From Gammaproteobacteria bacterium (GTDB lineage: Bacteria > Pseudomonadota > Gammaproteobacteria > Eutrophobiales > Eutrophobiaceae), in contig OZ242265.1 in assembly GCA_965207165.1 (NCBI GenBank), positions 278,415-342,414 on the forward strand: 64,000 nt of DNA, given 5' to 3'. Shown here piece after piece: positions 19,555 through 27,416 of the stretch. The notes under the pieces are model-generated. The model did no database searches. It saw nothing but the letters and a program-made list of their open reading frames with translations, and had not been told where the DNA came from. The translations under genes were made by a program, and so were the position numbers. The first letter of the stretch is position 1. Every line of letters starts with the position of its first letter.

Positions 19555-19591
19555 TAGAAACGATTCTATACAAATATGCAAACCCTGTAAA
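19555..19591 (-). promoter_or_regulatory. Leftward promoter TTTACA-N17-TAGAAT with overlapping LacI-type operator TAGAAACGATTCTA (19555-19568)
   Basis: The operator matches the 9950 site at 12 of 14 positions and overlaps the -10 element of the exbB operon. Confidence 0.78.
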
Positions 19592-19599
19592 ATCCTCCT

Positions 19600-19761
19600 G
19601 AATTAAGAATTAAGAATTAAGAATTACGAATTACGAATTGGGGGGGTGCGTCACTGCGTGCCCCGAGCCGGCTTGCGGAAAACCTGCGCTTCAATGGTAA
19701 ACAGCCGCGACTTTCATTCCTAATTCCTAATTCCTAATCCGTAATTCGTAATTCCTAATTC
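19600..19761. repeat. Inverted heptamer arrays (GAATTA[A/C])x~6 ... (ATTC[C/G]TA)x~6 around a ~75-bp core
   Basis: Direct reading: left arm 19600-19641, right arm 19716-19761 in the opposite orientation. Confidence 0.9.
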
Positions 19762-19774
19762 TGCGTTGACGGAT

Positions 19775-20830
19775 TCAGTTACTGCCGCGGAGCGGACTTC
19801 CAATCCGTTCTATAAACAGGTTGATGAAGCGGGGCCAGTCGAGTTCGTACTGGACGTCAAGCTGTGCGGCTCCTTCAGCGCCGGGCCACAAGTTGCGCCC
19901 CCCAACCGATACGCCATAGTTGATCCCATGGTGAATATCAACGTCGACATATAACCGCTCCCTGGTGACAAGGGTGGGGTCGATGAGGCTTGCGACCGCA
20001 ATCTGGTCATACATGAAATAAATCCGGTCCGGCTCTTTTGCAAAATGCTGCCCCAGGGTATTTTTCAGAAGCCGGGTCAGCGGGGTATCCGTTGCCACTA
20101 TTTGTTCATACCAGGCATTGGATAACGAACTTTTTCGGGATACGTTGAGCGGAGATAAATCAATCGGTATGCCCGAGCGAAGCGTGGTATACGCGGCTTC
20201 CGGGTCTACCCAGAAATTGAACTCCGCGTTTGGCGTAATATTGCCGCCACCATCCGGAAGAATCGCTATCGCTCCCCCCATAATGACCAGCCGCTTCACA
20301 TTTTCGGCAACGCCGGCATCTGCCCGGATTGCCTGGGCAACATTGGTCAACGGGCCTATGGCAACAAGCGTGATCTCTCCCGGGTTTTCCAGAACCGACC
20401 TGACCATAAAGGATGCCGCACTTTCAGCTTCCGCTTTTTTTTCGGCGTAACCGCCGGGAGGGACCGGCGCTGGTTCGTCGGAATACCAGTTACCGTATTC
20501 ACGCACTGCAAAATCACTTTTTTCGTGGACCAGCGGCATATCTGCGCCCCTGTATACCGGTATGTCAGACTGCTTTGCTATTTCAAGCATTCGTAAAACA
20601 TCTGACGTGGCGCGCTCCACGCTGTCGTTACCGGCCACGGTGGTAATGCCCAGGATTTCGAATTCCGGAGACTGCAGCGCCAACATCAGCGCCATGCTGT
20701 CATCGTAAGGAGGCATGACAAAGTCGGTATCAAAAATGATTTTGATACGGTCCTCGCCTCGTGCAACACCGGCAACCACGCCGGTAAACATATAAACGGC
20801 TATGGATAAAATAAGTAACCTTCTCAACAT
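19775..20830 (-). CDS. Inosine/uridine-preferring nucleoside hydrolase family protein with signal peptide
   Basis: IIFDTD...DD, ITTVAGN, LVAIGPLTNVA, IMGG and AEFNFWVDPEAA motifs; AGGAGG RBS. Confidence 0.92.
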   Translation of the reverse strand: MLRRLLILSIAVYMFTGVVAGVARGEDRIKIIFDTDFVMPPYDDSMALMLALQSPEFEILGITTVAGNDSVERATSDVLRMLEIAKQSDIPVYRGADMPLVHEKSDFAVREYGNWYSDEPAPVPPGGYAEKKAEAESAASFMVRSVLENPGEITLVAIGPLTNVAQAIRADAGVAENVKRLVIMGGAIAILPDGGGNITPNAEFNFWVDPEAAYTTLRSGIPIDLSPLNVSRKSSLSNAWYEQIVATDTPLTRLLKNTLGQHFAKEPDRIYFMYDQIAVASLIDPTLVTRERLYVDVDIHHGINYGVSVGGRNLWPGAEGAAQLDVQYELDWPRFINLFIERIGSPLRGSN

Positions 20831-20927
20831 GACCCCTCCTGTTTGAACGGCAGTCGATGCGACGTTTGTTATAATATGTGCCCGGTAGACTATGTTGCAA
20901 ACTATTATGCGGACTACGGGTTATCTT

Positions 20928-21890
20928 ATGCGGCAAACATTGAAATTTCTGGCAGCCTTCCTGTATCTGTCTGTTGCAATATCCTGCGCTGATTCCGAAC
21001 AAACTGCCCAGGGTTCCGCCCCGGGCGCAGATCGTCCAACGATTGCCCTTATCATGAAATCCCTGGCAAACGAGTTTTTTGTCACCATGGCGGATGGGGC
21101 CAGAGCCCACCAGGAGTTAAATGATGAGCGTTACGACCTGATAATCAATGGGATCAAGAATGAAGTGGACCTCGCCCAGCAGGTTGCCCTGATTGACCAG
21201 ATGATAGCCTCGAACGTGGATGCCATCGTCATCTCTCCGGCGGACTCGAAAGCGGTTGTTCCGGCGCTGGCGCGTGCGGAAGCGGCCGGTATTATCATTA
21301 TCAACATAGATAACCGGCTGGAAAAAGACATACTCAGTGAATACGGCTTAACAATCCCGTTTGTCGGACCGGATAATTTCCAGGGGGCCGAAATGGTCGG
21401 CAGGCACCTGGCGTCAAAACTGGCGTCCGGGGACCAGGTCGCGATACTGGAGGGCGTGCCTACCGCGTTTAATTCGCAGCGGCGTACCGCAGGGTTCAGA
21501 AAGGCGATGAAAGACGCGGGGATGAATATCGTGGCGCAACAAAGCGCGCAATGGGACCAGACAATGGCAGTCACGGTAACGGCCGCGATCCTGGTGCAAC
21601 ACCCCGACCTGGCTGCGATTTTGTGCAGTAACGACAACATGGCGCTGGGCGCGGCGGCGGCCGTCTCGCAGGCCGGCAAGGAAGACCAGGTGCAGATAGT
21701 CGGGTTTGACAATATTAGCGCGCTGCACGACCTCATCAGGGGCGGCAACGTCCTGGCAACCGTAGACCAGCATGCGGACCTGCTGGCCGTGTACGGCATC
21801 GAATTCGCGCTGGAGGCCTTGCAGTCCGATTTGCCCCTGGAAGACAAGACAACTCCTGTTGACCTGATCACCGGAACCTCCATAGAGTAA
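20928..21890 (+). CDS. rbsB: Ribose-type sugar ABC transporter substrate-binding protein
   Basis: ALIMKSLANEFF, FVGPDN, CSNDNMALGA and VGFD motifs; ribose specificity is inferred. Confidence 0.85.
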   Translation: MRQTLKFLAAFLYLSVAISCADSEQTAQGSAPGADRPTIALIMKSLANEFFVTMADGARAHQELNDERYDLIINGIKNEVDLAQQVALIDQMIASNVDAIVISPADSKAVVPALARAEAAGIIIINIDNRLEKDILSEYGLTIPFVGPDNFQGAEMVGRHLASKLASGDQVAILEGVPTAFNSQRRTAGFRKAMKDAGMNIVAQQSAQWDQTMAVTVTAAILVQHPDLAAILCSNDNMALGAAAAVSQAGKEDQVQIVGFDNISALHDLIRGGNVLATVDQHADLLAVYGIEFALEALQSDLPLEDKTTPVDLITGTSIE

Positions 21891-21897
21891 CCAGGGG

Positions 21898-23424
21898 ATG
21901 GCGGCGGCTCGTTTAAGTATTCAAAACCTTCACAAGTCGTTTTCAGTACCTGTCCTGACTGGTATCAATCTGGCCGTCAAGCGCGGGGAAATACATGGAC
22001 TCGTTGGTGAGAATGGCGCCGGCAAGACCACGTTCGGCAGTATCCTGGCCGGCTTTGTCAGCAAGGACAACGGCATGATAACCCTGGACGGGGTTGCATA
22101 CGAACCGTCCGGTCCGAAAGACGCTTTTGAGGCCGGTATCTCCTGTGCCGCGCAGGAATTGAGTTTGATCAATCCCCTGAGCGTTACGGAAAATATCGCC
22201 TTGCGAAAATTGCCCCATAGTTGTTCCGTTATCTCCGGTCAGGAACTCGAACAGCGAACCCGTTCGATACTGCAGCGTGTCGGCCTGGGGTCTCTCGACC
22301 CGAACACGCGCACCGGGACACTGGGCCTGGCTGAGCGCCAGTTGGTGGAATTTGCCAAGTCGGTCTTCCTGGATTGCAGGGTACTGATCCTGGATGAGCC
22401 GACGGCCGCCCTCACGGCACAACAAGCCTCTGTTCTGCACGAAATCGTCACCGGGCTGGCTGCGTCCGGGACATCGGTTATTTACATCAGTCACCGCTTA
22501 CAGGACGTACTGGAGGTATCGGATAACGTTACCGTTCTCAGGGACGGGCGTATCGTAACTACCGCTCCCGCCGGTTCCATGGCCGTAGCCGAGCTTATGG
22601 AATACATGAGCGGCGATTTTCAAACCGGAAACAAAACCACGCTGTCCACCGCCGCGCAGACACCGGAACCTGTTCTTGAAGTGGAGCACATAACCACTGA
22701 AGAACTGCCCCATGAGATAAGTTTCACGGCCCAGGCAGGAGAGATAATCGGTATCGCCGGGTTGTCGGGTTCGGGTCGCAGCGAGTTGTTGAATGCCCTG
22801 TTCGGTCTGACCCCGTTGACGGGCGGCGCTGTCAGCCGGCACTCGGCAGGCGGAAAAGCACGTATCAGCAACCCGGGAACGGCAAAAAGATCAGGGATGG
22901 CATACCTGGGCGAAGACCGGCAATCCATGGGCTTGTACCCGGGCCATCCGGTGTTGACAAACATGATGATACCCGGAGACCTGCAAGGTGTTGCTTCGAT
23001 GTCCCTGCTTGATAACAGGCGTGAGGCCGCTGCCGGGGAAAAACTGGTCGAAGAGTTGAGCGTTAAATGTGACGGCCTGGACCAGGATATAGATCAGCTC
23101 AGCGGAGGGAACCAGCAAAAAATACTGATTGCCAGGTGGTTGTACTGTAATTCGGACATATTCCTGTTTGACGAACCCACGCGAGGGATCGACGTCGGCA
23201 CGAAAAACATGATATATAACCTGATGTTCGATTTGCGCCATGAGGGCAAGACCATACTGTTTACGTCCAGCGAAATTGAGGAACTCATGGCAGTAAGCGG
23301 TCGCATATTGGTTTTATCCAAGCGCAAGCTGGTAGCAACATTCATAGCGGATAACTGGTCCGAGACGGAGATACTGGCAGCCTGTTTCAGGGAATTCACA
23401 ACGCGCACCCCGCATGTGCATTAG
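21898..23424 (+). CDS. rbsA: Sugar ABC transporter ATP-binding protein (RbsA-like, tandem NBD)
   Basis: GENGAGKT, LDEPTAAL, LSGGNQQK and DEPTRGIDVG motifs. Confidence 0.92.
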   Translation: MAAARLSIQNLHKSFSVPVLTGINLAVKRGEIHGLVGENGAGKTTFGSILAGFVSKDNGMITLDGVAYEPSGPKDAFEAGISCAAQELSLINPLSVTENIALRKLPHSCSVISGQELEQRTRSILQRVGLGSLDPNTRTGTLGLAERQLVEFAKSVFLDCRVLILDEPTAALTAQQASVLHEIVTGLAASGTSVIYISHRLQDVLEVSDNVTVLRDGRIVTTAPAGSMAVAELMEYMSGDFQTGNKTTLSTAAQTPEPVLEVEHITTEELPHEISFTAQAGEIIGIAGLSGSGRSELLNALFGLTPLTGGAVSRHSAGGKARISNPGTAKRSGMAYLGEDRQSMGLYPGHPVLTNMMIPGDLQGVASMSLLDNRREAAAGEKLVEELSVKCDGLDQDIDQLSGGNQQKILIARWLYCNSDIFLFDEPTRGIDVGTKNMIYNLMFDLRHEGKTILFTSSEIEELMAVSGRILVLSKRKLVATFIADNWSETEILAACFREFTTRTPHVH

Positions 23425-23478
23425 AGCGGATACGGCCAGGCGTTATTCCCCGGGTTACAACATGAGAATTCCAGTCTT

Positions 23479-24423
23479 ATGAGATCACTCGTAAAGGAAA
23501 ATTTTATTTTTGCCTCCCTGCTCCTGCTGATTGTTTTTTTTGGCCTGGTCGCGGACAACTTTTTTTCACTTGTCACCCTCAGGACAATTCTTAACCAGTT
23601 GCCGGCGTTGACGGTGGTCACCGTCGGCATGACACTTGTGCTGATAGTCGGCGGTATCGACCTGTCCGTCGGTTCTGTCCTGGGATTCTGCGCCACGATA
23701 GTCGGCATGGCGATGATGAACTGGGATTTTTCCATCGTTACCGCATGTTTCCTGGCAATTGGCGCAGGCATAATCTGTGGCTCCGTGAACGGTCTCCTGG
23801 CGTCATACCTGGCCCTGCCTTCCTTTATCGTTACCCTGGGTATGCTGGAAATGGCCCGCGGCATGGCCTATATCACTACGGACTCGCAGACTATGTATAT
23901 CGGTGCGTCGATTCAGAAACTCGCGCTGCCGATTTCAGGGACGGGCGTCTCCCCGGCGCTCGTAATTGCGCTTTCGACCGTTGTTGCGGCCCAGTTCATT
24001 TTGACCAGGACAGTACCCGGACGTCATATCGTAGCCGTGGGCGCCAACACCCGGGCCGCAAGGATGTCCGGCATTGATACAAAGCTTTACCGTATGGTTG
24101 TGCTGGCCGTATCAGGGGCGCTGGCAGGTCTTGGCGGCATATTCAATGCCGCTTACCTGGGGGCAGCCGACCCGAACGCGGGCGCCGGCATGGAGTTGGC
24201 GGCAATTGCCGCGGCCGTCATAGGCGGTACCAGCCTGATGGGAGGGCGCGGCAGCGTTGCCGGGGCATTCGCAGGGGTGCTTATCATCGCGATATTACAG
24301 AACGGACTGGCGCAGCTCGGCGTATCGGAACCTGCCAAACGCCTGATCACAGGAAGCGTGATAATTATCGCGGTATTTATCGACAGCTGGCGCATCCGCA
24401 GGGACAGGATACGAACTGGGTAA
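23479..24423 (+). CDS. rbsC: Sugar ABC transporter permease (RbsC-like)
   Basis: GGIDLSVGS, PSFIVTLG and ELAAIAAAVIGGTSLMGGRG motifs. Confidence 0.92.
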   Translation: MRSLVKENFIFASLLLLIVFFGLVADNFFSLVTLRTILNQLPALTVVTVGMTLVLIVGGIDLSVGSVLGFCATIVGMAMMNWDFSIVTACFLAIGAGIICGSVNGLLASYLALPSFIVTLGMLEMARGMAYITTDSQTMYIGASIQKLALPISGTGVSPALVIALSTVVAAQFILTRTVPGRHIVAVGANTRAARMSGIDTKLYRMVVLAVSGALAGLGGIFNAAYLGAADPNAGAGMELAAIAAAVIGGTSLMGGRGSVAGAFAGVLIIAILQNGLAQLGVSEPAKRLITGSVIIIAVFIDSWRIRRDRIRTG

Positions 24424-24435
24424 AGCGTTACCTGG

Positions 24436-25683
24436 TCAGGATTTTAAATCCTGCTGTTTCTGCCGCGGGGGTTTCATTACGGCAACGGCGATGATAACGA
24501 TCAGCATCAGCGCCGCATTCAACTGGAACGCCATGGAAAAACCGCCCGCCTTGTCGCCGATATAGCCTGCAACGATGGGCCCCAGCATGGCAATTGTAGT
24601 CATGAAGTTCATGGTGCCGAGTATTTCCGGGTTGTCTTTCTCTCCGAAGTAATTCAGCAGCAGCAGGGCGGTAGCCAGGAAGCACATGCCGAAACCGAAA
24701 CCCTCACCGACCGCAAAGATAACGAGAGCTGCCGGATTGTCGGCGACAGAGAGGGCAACCATGCCGATCATCTCGCCGATTAACGCCGCAACCAGGAGCC
24801 ACTTGGGATCAATCCGGGTGGCGATTATGCCTCCCAGGGCGCGGGACATGGCATTCACCGCGCCGTCGGCGCTGAGGGCCAGAGTGGCCAGCGCCGTCGA
24901 TATGCCCAGCATGCCAAGATGGGTAAAGGCCCAGCTGTTCATCGTCAGGGTACAGAACAGTGTCATCGTCAGGGCGGCGACAATCACGTAATACTGGGGC
25001 GTGCGCAGTGCGTCCCGGTAGCGCCAGTCAGTTTTCGTCTTGAACACCTTGTCGGAGGTTTTCTCTTCACCCGGAGCGTTTGCGGCATCTGCCTCGTCAT
25101 TTTCCGAAGACCGGTTGTCGATGAAGGCGATGGCGAGCACCATGAGCGCCAGGACGGCCGCGGCCATGGACCACCAGTGGACCCGCCAGGAATCCGTATG
25201 GGTGACGATGATGGTTACGATCGGCGGGCCGGCGACCGCGCCCAGTCCGCCCAGGGTCATGTACAGGCCGATGGCGAATGAACGCCTGTCGGGCAGCCAG
25301 TCGTTGATCAGGTGGATACCCGGCACCGTCGCGCACAGGGCATAGCCCAGGCCCAGCAGACTCGCGCCGAGCCAGTACTGGTATAACCAGGAACCGGTGG
25401 AAATAAGGACGAAGCCGCAGCCCATGGTTACGGAACCGATGACGTAGGTCGCCTTGATGCCGAAGCGCCGGATGGTCCAGGCGGGGAGGGTGCCTGCCAG
25501 TCCCACCAGCAATGCCAGCAGGGAAAATCCGGTGCCGGCCTGGGACCAGGTCCAGGAAAACTCCTCGATCATGTAGGGCAGCACGACCCCCAGTGAACTG
25601 AAGGTGGACGCCGTGATGAAAAAGAAAAATGCGCTGGCGAGGGCGAACATCCACCAGCGTTTATATGCAGTCGATCCTGTCAT
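24436..25683 (-). CDS. MFS transporter
   Basis: About 12 hydrophobic segments; motif A-like WTIRRFGIK. Confidence 0.9.
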   Translation of the reverse strand: MTGSTAYKRWWMFALASAFFFFITASTFSSLGVVLPYMIEEFSWTWSQAGTGFSLLALLVGLAGTLPAWTIRRFGIKATYVIGSVTMGCGFVLISTGSWLYQYWLGASLLGLGYALCATVPGIHLINDWLPDRRSFAIGLYMTLGGLGAVAGPPIVTIIVTHTDSWRVHWWSMAAAVLALMVLAIAFIDNRSSENDEADAANAPGEEKTSDKVFKTKTDWRYRDALRTPQYYVIVAALTMTLFCTLTMNSWAFTHLGMLGISTALATLALSADGAVNAMSRALGGIIATRIDPKWLLVAALIGEMIGMVALSVADNPAALVIFAVGEGFGFGMCFLATALLLLNYFGEKDNPEILGTMNFMTTIAMLGPIVAGYIGDKAGGFSMAFQLNAALMLIVIIAVAVMKPPRQKQQDLKS

Positions 25684-25691
25684 TAGTCAGG

Positions 25692-26504
25692 TTAATTCCC
25701 TGTTTGGAATACCACGCTGGTCATGCTCAGTGATTTGTGCACGATAAAATCAGTTTCGAGTGTTACCTCATCGGTATCTGCGCGGGCGCCCATGGCATAC
25801 AGCAGTGGGCAAAAATGTTCTGCTGAAGGTACCGAGAGGGCCGCATCCTGGCCGTAGCGCCGGTATTCGCAGACGCCTTGCGGGTCATCTCCCAGTACAT
25901 GCTCCTTGATCCGGTCGTTGAACCGTACCGCCCAGTCAAAGGCGGGAGCAGCGGGGTTCAGCCAGTCCATCAAGGCCAGGTTATGCACGATATTGCCGCT
26001 GCCCATAATCAGGATTCCCTCTTCCCGCAAAGGACGCAGGCGCTGTCCCAGTTCGTAATGCCGGGGCAGCGGTTGACTCAGGTCAAGGCTGAGCTGGACA
26101 ACCGGGATATCCGCATCCGGAAAAGCCTTGATCAGGACACACCAGGTACCGTGGTCCAGCCCCCACGACCGGTCCATCTGAACGGGGTGCGGATCCAGTA
26201 GTTCACATACCCGTTGCGCCAGTTGGGGACTCCCCGGCGCAGGGTAGTAAAGGTCGAATAACGGCGCCGGCAGGGGCGGGCCGAAGTCGTGGATTGTTTG
26301 CGGCTTTTCCATGGCGGTTACCGCACAGCCGTGCGTGTACCAGTGGGCCGAGATGACCAGTATGGCTTTGGGACGTTCCATCGAGTTGACGATACGGCGC
26401 CAGGCCCGGGTGGACTCATTGTCCTCAAGGGCATTGGCAGGGCTGCCGTGGCCGATGAAGACAACAGGCATTATGGACTCAGTGGAATGTTGAGAGGCTT
26501 GCAT
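25692..26504 (-). CDS. ygiD: 4,5-DOPA extradiol dioxygenase (YgiD/LigB-like)
   Basis: FIGHGSP, ISAHW, IHDF, GLDHGTW, GSGNIVHNL and EHF.PL motifs. Confidence 0.92.
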   Translation of the reverse strand: MQASQHSTESIMPVVFIGHGSPANALEDNESTRAWRRIVNSMERPKAILVISAHWYTHGCAVTAMEKPQTIHDFGPPLPAPLFDLYYPAPGSPQLAQRVCELLDPHPVQMDRSWGLDHGTWCVLIKAFPDADIPVVQLSLDLSQPLPRHYELGQRLRPLREEGILIMGSGNIVHNLALMDWLNPAAPAFDWAVRFNDRIKEHVLGDDPQGVCEYRRYGQDAALSVPSAEHFCPLLYAMGARADTDEVTLETDFIVHKSLSMTSVVFQTGN

Positions 26505-26589
26505 CGAGCAAGAATATATTTATCCATCTCTTGTTTCAAAATTATATTATGCTACCATATGTATACACATTATATGCGGGATTACTCTC

Positions 26590-26910
26590 ATGTTGTCTTT
26601 TGGAATAAGAGATCTACGAGAAAAAATAGGAGCTTACGCTGCACAGGCTGAAGCAGGCGCAATCAGTGTCATTACCCGAAACGGTACGCCGCTGACTGTT
26701 AATATCCCTTTTGATGAGACGCTGATCAACCTGGGCGCACACAAGGCGCTTGCTGTAAAACTGTACCAGGAAGGTGTATTGACGCTCAATAAGGCATCGA
26801 AACTGGCCGATATACCGATGGATGAATTTATTGCGGTACTGGGTTCGGCAGGCGTTTCCGTGATCGGCTACGGTGTTGACGATGTCCAGAGGGAACTGGA
26901 TAAGTTTTGA
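26590..26910 (+). CDS. Putative antitoxin: Phd/YefM-like N-terminus + UPF0175 HTH
   Basis: GIRDLRE...VITRNGTP followed by ALAVKLYQEGVLTLNKASKLA; overlaps the PIN gene by 4 bp. Confidence 0.78.
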   Translation: MLSFGIRDLREKIGAYAAQAEAGAISVITRNGTPLTVNIPFDETLINLGAHKALAVKLYQEGVLTLNKASKLADIPMDEFIAVLGSAGVSVIGYGVDDVQRELDKF

Positions 26911-27401
26911 AGCCGGAAATCGTCGTTGTCGACACAAGCCCACTGATTGCGTTGGCAGTAATGGGCTTGTTGCCCGCTTTACGCAGTCTTTTTAATACTG
27001 TCCTGGTCCCCTCTGCCGTCGTCAGGGAATGTCTCGATGACATATCCAAGCCCATGGCTGAAAATATTGGAGATGCATTGGTACACAACTTGTTGGTAGA
27101 GCAGTCCGTCACGGATCAGGACTATTGCGAACTTCTGGCCCAGGTGCTGGATCATGGTGAAGCAGAGACAATCGCACTGGCAAAAGAGATGAATGTCATG
27201 GCCTTGATCGATGAAGTAACGGCCCGAAAAATAGCTGCACGCGAAGATATAGATTTCGCGGGCAGCTTGTATGTATTAATCAGGGCGAGACAGGAAAACC
27301 TTGTTCCGGCGGTCACTCCATTACTGGACAAGTTACTTCAGCATGGTTACCACCTGGATAAATCTCTTGTTCAGTTCGTAGTGGACACATGTGGGGAATG
27401 A
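26907..27401 (+). CDS. PIN-domain protein (DUF3368-type), putative toxin
   Basis: VVDTSPLIAL, VPSAVVRE, LDHGEAETIALA and LIDE acidic PIN motifs. Confidence 0.85.
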   Translation: MKPEIVVVDTSPLIALAVMGLLPALRSLFNTVLVPSAVVRECLDDISKPMAENIGDALVHNLLVEQSVTDQDYCELLAQVLDHGEAETIALAKEMNVMALIDEVTARKIAAREDIDFAGSLYVLIRARQENLVPAVTPLLDKLLQHGYHLDKSLVQFVVDTCGE

Positions 27402-27416
27402 ATACAAGGAGAATCG

